A DNA stretch of 62,930 nt, the filler included, from Folioceros fuciformis (Eukaryota): NCBI GenBank assembly GCA_049999805.1. It is 7 parts of 7 records of this genome, joined end to end, with 100 filler letters (N's around TTAATTAATTAA, not from the genome) between each part and the next. Parts side by side here need not be neighbours in the genome. Positions count along the whole stretch, not along the records: positions 23,393 to 44,248 come from JBNGIO010003578.1; 6 more parts are not named here. One strand, written 5' to 3'. The position numbers and the translations under genes were made by a program. The notes beneath the pieces were generated by a model. That model did no database searches. It was not told where the DNA came from and saw only the letters and a program-made list of their open reading frames with translations. Of the stretch, positions 25,263 through 35,310 are shown piece by piece. Every line of letters starts with the position of its first letter. Positions within the stretch are counted from its first letter, which is position 1.

Positions 25263-28200
25263 ATGGCTGTCATGAGCGGTACAGTGGCTTTGACGCTTGA
25301 AACAAAGCCGGGCCTACCAGGAGGATGGTCGTCTAGTGGGGGTCGTCGGCACAGGCACTTGCAGGAGGTGTTCTGGTTGGAAAAATTCCGCAGGCCAGGT
25401 TGGGGTGAATTTCAGGTCGCTGGTTTGGATAGAGACATGAGTCATGATCGTGACTTTCTCAGGTGTGCTGGTTTTGAGAAGGGTGTTGCGGCTGAAACTG
25501 TGAAGGAGCTGTGTCATGACGGACAGCTCAGGGAGGCTGTTGAGGGTTTGGGGGTCTTGGTGAGGACGGAGGGCTTTGTTTCTAGAGCTCTGTTTTATGC
25601 TGTTTTGAAGACTTGCTTGATGAAGAAGGATCTTGTTCTGGGGAGGCGGGTACATGCCTTCACTGTGAGGCTAGGGTACCAGTCAGACACGTTCCTGGGC
25701 AACCACATCGTGCGAATGTATGCCGTCCATGGCAGGTTGCAAGAGGTGATGGATGTGTTTGAAAGGGTTGCCAAACCTGATGCATTCACGTGGTCTGCCA
25801 TAATATCTGCGCACGTTAAACATGGAGCTGAGAAGCAGGCCATGGAGTTGTACCGTCGGATGCGGAGGTCTAGTGCCAAGCCAGACGGGCATGTGATAGT
25901 GGCAGCTCTACAGGCTTGTGCAAAGGGATTAGACTTGGAATCTGGGCAACAGGTGCATGCGGATGTGTCGGTCTTCGGGGTTGAGAGTGACTTATTTGTC
26001 TGTAATGGCTTGGTGAATATGTATGCAAAGTGTGGGAGCTTGAAAGATGCCCAGAGACTGTTCGACGGGCTTGTTCAGAAAGATGTTGTTACATGGACCG
26101 CCCTAATTGCAGGGTATTCACAGCAGGGCATGGGGCAGGAAGCCCTTCGTCTGTATAGTGTGATGCAAGAAGAAGGCATGGCGGTACCCAATTCCGTGAC
26201 ATTTGTGTGTCTGTTGCAGGCATGTGCAAGTGTAGGCAATCCAGCTTTGGCGATGGGGAAGCAACTTCATGCACAGGTTAGACAACAAGGGCATGAAACC
26301 AACGTGTTTGTGGCCAGTAGTTTGGTGAACATGTTTGCCAAGTGCGGGAGCCTGGAAGATGCTCAGAGAGTTTTCGACCGACTCAGTCAAAAGGAGGTGG
26401 TGACATGGACTGCTCTGATTGCAGGTTATTCCCAGCAGGGCATGGGATATGAAGCCCTTCGGCTATACGGTGAAATGCAAACGGAAGGCATCACCGTACC
26501 CAATTCTGTTACATTCGTGTCCCTCCTGCAGGCATGTGCGAATGTTGGTACCCCAGCTGCTTTGGAGACAGGAAAGCAGCTCCATACACAAGTCAGACAA
26601 TATGGACATGAGACTGATGTGTTCGTAGCAAGCAGTTTGGTCAACATGTATGCCAAATGTGGTTGCCTGGAAGATGCTCGGAAGGTGTTTGATGCTCTTG
26701 GTCAAAAAGATGATGTGACGTGGACTGCCCTAATTGCAGGGTACTCGCAGCGGGGCATGGGTCAGGAAGCCCTTTCTCTCTACGCTGTTATGCGAGAAAG
26801 TGGCATGGCTGTGCCCAATTCTGTGACGTTTGTGTGCCTCTTGCAGGCATGTGCAAGTCTGGGCGCTCAAGCATTGGAGATGGCGAAGCAGCTTCATGTG
26901 GAGATTAGAGAACGAGGACATGAAGCTGATGTGGTTGTGGGCAACAGTCTGGTGAACATGTACGTAAAGTGTGGCAGCTTACAAGATGCGCAAAGAGTGT
27001 TTGATGGACTTTGTCGACGGGATGTGGTGACATGGAATGTCATGATAGCAGGATATTCCCAGCGGGGCATGGGGCAGGAAGCCCTTCGTCTCTTCCGTGT
27101 CATGCAAGTGGCAGGCAACGCTGTACCTGATTCTGTGACATTTGTATCCTTGCTGCAGGCATGTGCAGATGTGGGTGCCACAGCGTTGGAGACGGGAAAG
27201 GAGCTCCATGTGCAAATTACGGGACATGCACATCAAACTGATGCGTTCATAGCCAACAGTTTGGTGAATATGTATGCCAAGTGCGGCAGCCTGAAAGACG
27301 CCCGGAGATTGTTTGACGGACTAGGTCAAAAGGACGTGGTCACATGGACTGCTCTAATTGCAGGGTATTCCCAGCAGGGCATGGGGCAGGAAGCCCTCGC
27401 TCTTTACAAGGCTATGCAACAAGAAGGCATCGCCATACCCAATTCCATGACATTCTCGTGTCTTCTTCAGGCATGTGCAAGTGTCGGCAACCCAGCTCTG
27501 GCCATGGGCAAGCAGCTTCATGCACAAGTAAGAGAAGGAGGGTATCAATCCAATGTGTTTGTAGCAAGCAGTTTGGTGAATATGTACGCAAAGTGTGGGA
27601 GTGTAGAAGATGCTCAGAGAGTGTTTGACAGACTTGGTGAGAAAGATTTGGTGACCTGGACTGCTCTGATTGCAGGGTATTCCCAACAGGCTATGGGGCT
27701 TGAAGCACTTCGTCTATATAATGATATGCAAGAAGAAGGCATCACTGTTCACAATCCTGTTACATTTGTGTGCCTCCTCCAGGCATGTGCTAGTGTGGGC
27801 ACCCTTGCCTTGGAGAAGGGGAAGCAGCTTCATACGCAGATTATTGAAGCAGGGCATCAAGCTAATATGTTTGTAGCTAGTAGTTTGGTGAATATGTATT
27901 CAAAGTGTGGCAGCTTGGAAGATGCTCAACGAGTATTTGCTGAACTGGGGCAAAAGGATGTGGTGACTTGGAATGCCATGTTAGCTGGATATTCCCAGCA
28001 GGGCATGGCGCAGGAAGCGTTTCATCTTTTCAACGCTATGCTAGAAGACAGCATGGTTGTACCCAATTCTGTGACTTTTGTATGCCTCCTGCAGGCATGT
28101 GCGATTGTGGGCCGCCCGGCCTTGGAGATTGGGAAGCATCTTCATGTGCAAATTGGAGAACTAGAGCATCAAGCTGATGTGTTTGTTGTTGGCAGTTTGG

Positions 28201-30956
28201 TGAACATGTATGCGAAGTGTGGGAGTTTAGAAGATGCTCGAAAAGTGTTTGATGGGCTTGCCCACAAAGATGTGGTGACTTGGAATGCCATCATAGCAGG
28301 GTACTCTCAGCTGGGTATGGGGCAGGATGCCCTTTGCCTTTATGACACTATGCAAGAAGAAAAAATGGCTCAGCCCGATGCTGTAACGTACGTGAGCCTG
28401 CTGCAGGCATGTGCCTGCTTGGGCTCCCTGGCACTAGAGAAGGGGAAGCAGCTTCATGAGCAAATTAGAGAGCGAGGGTATCAAGCTTGTGTGTTTGTAG
28501 CCAGCAGTTTGGTGAACATGTATGCAAAGTGTGGCAGCTTGGAAGATGCCCAGATTGTCTTTGACGGACTGGGTCAAAAGGATGTTGTGACATGGAATGC
28601 GTTGATCGCAGGATACTCCCAGCGGGGGATGGGGAAGGAAGCCCTTTTTCTTTATGATGCTATGCAAGAGGAAGGGATTGCTGCACCTGATGCTGTGACA
28701 TTTGTTTCCCTCCTGCAGGCATGTGCCTGTGTCGGCTCCCAGGCTTTGGAGAAGGGGAAGCAGCTTCATACGCAGATTAGTGATGGAGGACATCAAGCTG
28801 ATGGGTTTGTAGCCAACAGTTTGGTAAATATGTATGCAAAGTGTGGCAGCTTAGTAGATGCTCAAAGAGTGTTTGACGGACTTGGTCAAAAGGATGTGGT
28901 GACATGGAACGCCCTGATAACAGGATATTCCCAACACGGGAAAGGGCAGGAAGCTCTTCATCTTCACACTGTCATGCAAAAACAAGGAATTGCTTTACCT
29001 GATTCAGTGACATTTGTTGCCCTCTTGCAAGCATGTGCAAGTGTGGGCTCCCCAGCGTTGGAGACTGGGAAGCAACTTCATGCGCAAATTGGACAACGAG
29101 GACATCAATCTGATTTGTTTGTAGTCAACAGTTTACTAAATATGTATGCAAAGTGTGACGGCTTTGAAGATGCTCAGAAGGTTTTTGAGGGACTTGGGCG
29201 AAAGGATGTGGTGACGTGGAACACTATCATAGCTGGATATTCCCAGCGGGGCATGTGGGTGGAGGCCTTTTCTGCCTACAGTGATATGCAAGAAGAAGAC
29301 GTCAATGTGCCTGATTCTGTGACGTTTGTATGTCTCCTGGGGGCATGCGCCAGTGTGGGTGGCAGCCAAGCGTTGGAGAAGGGCAGGCAGCTTCATATGC
29401 AGCTTAGAGAACGAGGACATCAAGCCGATGGGTTTGTAGCTAGCAGTTTGGTGAACATGTATGCAAAGTGCGGCAGCTTGGGAGATGCACAGAGAGTGTT
29501 TGACGGACTTGGTGAAAAGGATGTAGTCACATGGAATGCCATGATAGCAGGATATGCGAGGCAGGGTAAGGGCCAGGAAGCCCTTCGCCTCCATGCTGCC
29601 ATGGAACAGGAGGGCATCACCGTACTGGATTCTGTGACATTTGTGTGCCTTCTGCAGGCATGTGCGAGTATGGGCACCCTGGCCCTAGAGAAGGGAAAAC
29701 AGCTTCATGCTCAAATTAGAGAACAAGGACAACAAGCTGAAGTGCTTTTAGCGAACAGTTTGGTGAACATGTATGCAAAGTGTGGCAGCTTGGAAGATGC
29801 TCAGAGTCTGTTTGACGGACTTGGCCAAAAAGATGTTGTGACGTGGAATGCCATGATAGCAGGATATTCCCAGCAGGGCATGGGGCAGGAAGCCCTTCGC
29901 CTCTACATTGCTATGGATGAAGAGGGCATCTCTGTGCCTGATTCCGTGACATATGTCTGCCTCCTGCAGGCATGTGCAAATGTGGCAGCACTGCATCTGG
30001 GCCGGCATCTACATGCGCAGATTCAAGAACAAGGGCTTGAAGCTGATTTATTTGTAGCTGGAAGCTTGATAAACATGTACGGAAAGTCTGGAAGTATGCT
30101 TGATGCAGAGCTGGTCTTCAATGCATTGCCTGAAAAAGACGTTGTCACCTGGAATGCTCTGATTGCTGGCTACACCTCTCAAGGAGACAGTGAAGTCGTC
30201 TTCAATCTTGTCCAGAGAATGGAACAGGAGGGTCTACAGCCCGTTGGCATCACGTTCTTAAGTGTATTAACAGTATGCAGTCATGCGGGTCTCGTAAGCA
30301 AGGGGCGAGAATATTTTGAGTCCATGAGCAGAGACTATGGAATCACTCCAACTGTGCTGCACCTCACGTGCATGGTGGATCTCCTGGGCCGTGCAGGGCT
30401 ACTCGACGAGGCACTTGCTTTGGTAAGGTCATTGCCTGTAGTGCCGGATGCCGCAGTGTGGCTCACTCTATTGGGTGCTTGTCAGAAGTGGGGCAACGTG
30501 GAGGTCGCAAATCATGCTTTCAACCAAGCAGTGAAGCTGGACAAGAAAGATGCCTCAGCATATGTCCTTATGTCTAACATATACACTGGTGCCCACATGT
30601 GGGAGCAGGCACATGTTATGCAGGCGAGTAGAGTAAGCAGCAAGGCATGGAAAGATCCTGGCCAGAGCTGGTGGACAGACGATGACGGAATGGTGCACAG
30701 TTTCCTCACGGGGGCGAAGAATCATACTCGTAGTCCAATTAGTCTGAACCTGCAGGTCTCACAAGGAGAGGCGACATTTGTGGGGACACCACCGCCAAAC
30801 TTATCTGCAAATGGGATGGCTTTTCAGTTGTGTAGGCGCAGCAAGAAGCTGGCAATCCCCGTTCATACGAACCTCCATAATCAGTGCTACAATTGTTCAG
30901 GTGGTTGTTCATTGTCAACCTGCCAAGCCACCGAGAACGGTGTCGGCATCAGGTAA
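25263..30956 (+). CDS. Giant intronless PLS-class PPR protein (~1,897 aa, ~15 P-L-S triplets) with E1/E2, WW-type PG box and vestigial DYW tail
   Basis: Repeats of 'DVVTW[TN]ALIAGYSQQG', 'VTFVCLLQACA', 'VFVASSLVNMYAKCGSLEDA'. Terminal 'CSHAGLV', 'CMVDLLGRAG', 'VWLTLLGAC', 'AYVLMSNIY', 'PGQSWWTD..G.VHSF'. First ATG at 25263. Confidence 0.95.
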   Translation: MAVMSGTVALTLETKPGLPGGWSSSGGRRHRHLQEVFWLEKFRRPGWGEFQVAGLDRDMSHDRDFLRCAGFEKGVAAETVKELCHDGQLREAVEGLGVLVRTEGFVSRALFYAVLKTCLMKKDLVLGRRVHAFTVRLGYQSDTFLGNHIVRMYAVHGRLQEVMDVFERVAKPDAFTWSAIISAHVKHGAEKQAMELYRRMRRSSAKPDGHVIVAALQACAKGLDLESGQQVHADVSVFGVESDLFVCNGLVNMYAKCGSLKDAQRLFDGLVQKDVVTWTALIAGYSQQGMGQEALRLYSVMQEEGMAVPNSVTFVCLLQACASVGNPALAMGKQLHAQVRQQGHETNVFVASSLVNMFAKCGSLEDAQRVFDRLSQKEVVTWTALIAGYSQQGMGYEALRLYGEMQTEGITVPNSVTFVSLLQACANVGTPAALETGKQLHTQVRQYGHETDVFVASSLVNMYAKCGCLEDARKVFDALGQKDDVTWTALIAGYSQRGMGQEALSLYAVMRESGMAVPNSVTFVCLLQACASLGAQALEMAKQLHVEIRERGHEADVVVGNSLVNMYVKCGSLQDAQRVFDGLCRRDVVTWNVMIAGYSQRGMGQEALRLFRVMQVAGNAVPDSVTFVSLLQACADVGATALETGKELHVQITGHAHQTDAFIANSLVNMYAKCGSLKDARRLFDGLGQKDVVTWTALIAGYSQQGMGQEALALYKAMQQEGIAIPNSMTFSCLLQACASVGNPALAMGKQLHAQVREGGYQSNVFVASSLVNMYAKCGSVEDAQRVFDRLGEKDLVTWTALIAGYSQQAMGLEALRLYNDMQEEGITVHNPVTFVCLLQACASVGTLALEKGKQLHTQIIEAGHQANMFVASSLVNMYSKCGSLEDAQRVFAELGQKDVVTWNAMLAGYSQQGMAQEAFHLFNAMLEDSMVVPNSVTFVCLLQACAIVGRPALEIGKHLHVQIGELEHQADVFVVGSLVNMYAKCGSLEDARKVFDGLAHKDVVTWNAIIAGYSQLGMGQDALCLYDTMQEEKMAQPDAVTYVSLLQACACLGSLALEKGKQLHEQIRERGYQACVFVASSLVNMYAKCGSLEDAQIVFDGLGQKDVVTWNALIAGYSQRGMGKEALFLYDAMQEEGIAAPDAVTFVSLLQACACVGSQALEKGKQLHTQISDGGHQADGFVANSLVNMYAKCGSLVDAQRVFDGLGQKDVVTWNALITGYSQHGKGQEALHLHTVMQKQGIALPDSVTFVALLQACASVGSPALETGKQLHAQIGQRGHQSDLFVVNSLLNMYAKCDGFEDAQKVFEGLGRKDVVTWNTIIAGYSQRGMWVEAFSAYSDMQEEDVNVPDSVTFVCLLGACASVGGSQALEKGRQLHMQLRERGHQADGFVASSLVNMYAKCGSLGDAQRVFDGLGEKDVVTWNAMIAGYARQGKGQEALRLHAAMEQEGITVLDSVTFVCLLQACASMGTLALEKGKQLHAQIREQGQQAEVLLANSLVNMYAKCGSLEDAQSLFDGLGQKDVVTWNAMIAGYSQQGMGQEALRLYIAMDEEGISVPDSVTYVCLLQACANVAALHLGRHLHAQIQEQGLEADLFVAGSLINMYGKSGSMLDAELVFNALPEKDVVTWNALIAGYTSQGDSEVVFNLVQRMEQEGLQPVGITFLSVLTVCSHAGLVSKGREYFESMSRDYGITPTVLHLTCMVDLLGRAGLLDEALALVRSLPVVPDAAVWLTLLGACQKWGNVEVANHAFNQAVKLDKKDASAYVLMSNIYTGAHMWEQAHVMQASRVSSKAWKDPGQSWWTDDDGMVHSFLTGAKNHTRSPISLNLQVSQGEATFVGTPPPNLSANGMAFQLCRRSKKLAIPVHTNLHNQCYNCSGGCSLSTCQATENGVGIR

Positions 30957-31874
30957 CCGTGCCGTGTGGACGGACACGGGTCGGATGCATGTGTACAAGG
31001 ATGACTAGATCCGCATGACTACTCGCCAGACTTCGGCAAAGCCCTTGTTTCTTAACAACTTTGCCCCCAAACCTTGAAGAAAAGGGCCACAGAAAATGGC
31101 TTTGAGCCTCCAAGTGAAGGGGAAAAATGGCACCCGAGAGTCCCAGTTTTAGTTTTTGAGAAAAATGGCTTTTAGATTTTTTTCGGCTTTCTACTCCATG
31201 TGTTAGAGAATATATCGCTTCTGTATATTATCACATAAGTTATATCACATAAGTTCATGTGTATATCATATAAGCTTTTATTTCTAAGTAATAGGGAACA
31301 ACTCTCATAAGATTCAAAGTATTTAGAGTACATATTCATACACGAAAACTTCTCTTGAACCAAAAGGACCTTGGATATAAAAAAAATACTATCTGAAAAC
31401 AATAATTGTACTTGATGGCATAGCAGGACAAAGGTTGTAAGCTTGTAAGTTAATATTCGATGACTTGATGACTTAGCAAGACAAAGGTTGTAAGCTATTT
31501 TCATGTTCCTCTTACTTTAAAATATTCTGAGCTCATGTTTTAGGAATAATTAGTTTACTTTTTTTTTTGAGATATTTTCTTCTTTTTTAAGGTAAAATAT
31601 ATGGAATACTGATACGGTCATGAGTTCTTATACAAATTTTTTTGCTCCTCCGCATATAGTCCCAACTTTTCTGGTTAACAAACCTGTCCGTCATAAGGCA
31701 TCTCGATGGGGACAACGAGTGATACACACAAAACATTATCTGCCACACACATTTAGGGTTTTCAATTTAGGGTTTGGCAGGTTGCTTCAGGGTTGGGGCC
31801 TTATAGGGTTTCACGGCGGCCATGCTTTCATGGCTGCTCGCGCTTGCCACACTTCATGGGTTCTACAGTTTAGT

Positions 31875-32020
31875 GCCTCAACCTCGCGTAGGCTAAATGC
31901 CTCAGCCCCGCGTAGGCTAAATGCCTCAGCCCTGCATAGGCTAAATGCCTCAGCCCCGCGTAGGCTAAATGCCTCAGCCCCGCGTAGGCTAAATGCCTCA
32001 GCCCCGCACGTAGGCTAAAT
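31875..32020. repeat. 24-bp minisatellite (GCCTCAGCCCCGCGTAGGCTAAAT) x6
   Basis: Directly visible tandem copies. Confidence 0.95.
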
Positions 32021-32216
32021 GTTGAGCTAGTGACGCCACAAGGGGTTCAGGGTACTGCAAGGTTCCAAATTGGCAATTGCTCGTCCTATGTGCTATGCCA
32101 AAGGGGGCTGAAATCACCTTTGGTTATTGCACAGCCCATGAGGGCAAGCTAAAGGGTCATAGGGTTTCTTCCCAAAGCACAATGCAGGTTGAGACCACAA
32201 ACAACCGCCCCCACAG

Positions 32217-32364
32217 GGGTGCAGGAAACGGGTGAGGAGGCAATCCTGATCCATGGCTGCCTTGAGGGTGCAGGAAACGGGTGTGGAGGCAATCCTGATC
32301 CATGGCTGCCTTGAGGGTGCAGGAAACGGGTGTGGAGGCAATCCTGATCCATGGCTGCCTTGAG
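32217..32364. repeat. 49-bp tandem repeat x3 (GGGTGCAGGAAACGGGTGTGGAGGCAATCCTGATCCATGGCTGCCTTGA)
   Basis: GCAGGAAACG occurs at 32221, 32270 and 32319. Confidence 0.95.
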
Positions 32365-33129
32365 TAGAAGGTTGTGTTTCGGTAAGCTTGTTGTGGTGTA
32401 CATTGTGAGGTGAGTGTGATGTTGGATGGAAGGGACACATGTTTGTTGTGGGAACTGAGGTTACAGCAGGGCTGATAGCTTGTAATTGTGCAAAGGGCGA
32501 CCACGTCCACAGCTTGCCTGCCTTCACGTGGTCCACAGCTTGCTTGCCTTCATGGCTAGGCCCGATTGTCTAGAGATGTGTGCCAGAAACTTTACAAACT
32601 CTTAAAGACGATTCTTTAAAGATTGTATTCCTTTAGGGTTTAGCGTTCCTTTCAGTCCACAAAGAGGTTGTAGATAATTAAAAAAATTAGCTATACGATA
32701 TATAGGATTGGATGATGTGACAAGTACGGAAGAGAAATATTCATTGGATGCTATAGAATATTCACATATAATATACGTGTTCATAAAAAAAAAACATGAT
32801 TATGTAATCCCTGTCCACATCGGCATTCCATAAAAATAGGTTTAGCCTCTAATTTTATACTAAAAATATCTTTTATACTTTTTTGAAGTATAAAATGTCT
32901 AGAGGAATCCAAAATAAAATAAAATATGACTTTAAGCCCCCAAGTAAAAATTATTTGCCGAGGACTACTCACTCTACGCGCAGAAAGGAATTTATCTGGA
33001 TTTGTCCGAATTTATCTGGATTTGTCCGAATGTTTTGCAATCAGGAAGCATCTGTCAAACGTCCCACTTGCAATTTAGTACGACCGTGCAGTGGGCCGGA
33101 TTCCTCAGTATCGAGTCTACTGCGCATGT

Positions 33130-33470
33130 GAGGTATCCGGCAATTATCTTGTATGGGCCCATGCCCTCAGCCCTCGAGTCACAAGATCGTCCTTCCATTC
33201 CGTTAGAGGGACATGGGTCCCCACACTCTATCCATGTCCAACCACGAACTTTAACTGTGCTTCTCCTTAATTGATTACAGGGCTGGACCCATGAGATTGT
33301 GGGTGAGCTGATTGAACCAAGTCTGGAGTGCTTGACCCAGGCAGGCACAGGCTTCAGCGGGCATGCAGGCAACATCGACGGACGTGGTTGGATACCGTGT
33401 CGTGATGCACCGGCTGACCGCATGAACAGAGTTCTGTAACAACTGCTAATCTTGGAAAGGGATGCTAGGG
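33130..33470 (-). pseudogene. Frameshifted PLS-PPR relic
   Basis: 'HGIQP', 'ACACLGQALQT', 'ECG', 'IIAGY' in shifting frames and in P-L-S-P order. Confidence 0.55.
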
Positions 33471-34249
33471 CACTCTTGCGTGTCGAGGCAGGATTGAGGA
33501 GGAAGGGCGATCCTTCGTGCTGTAGCCGCACGGTGAACAAGACAAAAGCTTCTTCCCTTTTTCACGTTTATTGTGGCGGCGAAGGGAGAGTTTGATACGA
33601 ACCCGCAACGGCAGGCAAAGTGTTTTACAGGCTGTTGAGCCACAGCCACCTCACGTTGCTCTGACGACTGAGATCAGCGCTGAGAGCAATGACAGGTGAT
33701 CCAACCTGTCAGTGTCCCCAACCTGAACACCCCGACGATCATCAAGGGCTTGTGAAAACAGGGAGCTGAAATCATGAGTGAGACATAGTGAAAGGGAAGT
33801 AGTACCTCTTTCGTGTGTGAAGAATCAGGGCCCTGATCCTACCCAGGTGGTGGAGAGATACATCCCAATCCCAGATGGGAGGAAGCCATGCAGCCAAAAC
33901 AGACGAGAAAAAGTTGTCATGAACCAACAATCGGCTGCGGCAAATAGATTCTTTACACTTGACCGCGTGCTGCACATCTGCTACGCTGAGAAAGCTATTA
34001 ACATTGTGGCTATCTCCTGTACAAAGTGTATATGAGGGATGCCATCACAGCCTAGCAAGTATGCTGCTGCAAAGACAAGCCCTCTCTACTGGAAAGCGCT
34101 TAATGTGGCATACATACATGCTGATCTATGCTAACTTGGAGGGGGAAGATTGCGCCACTCACATACACAGGATCTGGCTGGTGCAAGCTCTTTTTCCGAA
34201 CCCTTCTGTACAAAGTAGTCCACCACTGGCTGCTGGTGGGCTGCTGCTG

Positions 34250-34885
34250 TCACCAGTTCTCCCTCATGACTTTAGCCTTCTCCAGAATAAACTTACCCTC
34301 CTTGTACTTCTGCGAATCCTCGTAAGCCTTCTCATACTTCCAGCCCAGAGTCTCCTCGCAATCCATGCAGGAGATGTCAGCCACAGTGTGCAAGCCCGTC
34401 ATGAGGTGCCGGTCTTCCTTCTGCCCCACCTTCACATTCACAACGGTTGCGAAAAGGAAGGCCCTCCCATTCCGTCCCTGTAGCCCACTGCACGCATGTA
34501 AGAAGCAAGGAGCACCATCGTACAAAACAAACACACCCCCACCCCTTAGACTGCTAAATGCATCAACGAGACAGTACAAAACCAACCACACGCCCATGGG
34601 CATGGAATTGGGCAAGCAGGAGACGCAACTAGGCCACTGAATTGCCCAGCGAGCGCACGTACCCCCGCAGGAACCCACCATACAAATCAGCTCAGCAAGA
34701 AAAAAGGGGGTAGAATTCCATCGCAAGCCAGGCAAGAAAGCAGGCAGCAACAATTACGCAGCACAAGGGCAGGTGCCCACATGGAAAGCCTTGGAGATGC
34801 AGTCATCGTGGTCGGCGATGTGGCAGCGGCAGTTGCAGCAGCTGTAGATGCGAGGACCAGGCAGGAATTCTCGGCGCCCGTCCAT
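34250..34885 (-). CDS. Yippee-like zinc-binding protein; 2 exons, intron 34478-34780
   Basis: '[38 protein letters not shown]...[47 protein letters not shown]'. Confidence 0.93.
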
Positions 34886-35310
34886 CCGCCTGAGCCTGTT
34901 GGGCAAGGAATACAGCCGGGACAGGGATCCGGGGGAATTCCACACACAGCCGGGCAGAATCACGGCACCAAGCTTCGCAATGGTTCTCTGCGCCACGTAC
35001 TAAGCGCTGTGCCGGGGAATTGAAGGCAGAGCTACCGCCGCGGCAGGCTTTAAGGAAGGAGAGCCGCCATAGCCGAGGAAGAGGAGCAGACAGGGCTGTG
35101 CAGGGGAAACGCCGAGAGAGAGCCGAGACACTGGCCGACAGAGTCTTCCCTCGCTTTTATCTTGCGTCCTCCTGTAGCACAGCCCACATCACTCTTCCAA
35201 ATCTTCCATTTCTGAGAAATTCGCATTTGCATCCTCCTTGCCTCGCGCCTTGGCCTCGTCCCCTGCCCGCTTTTGAGGCGGCAGACCCTCTTCGGCATAT
35301 ATTCTGGAAG

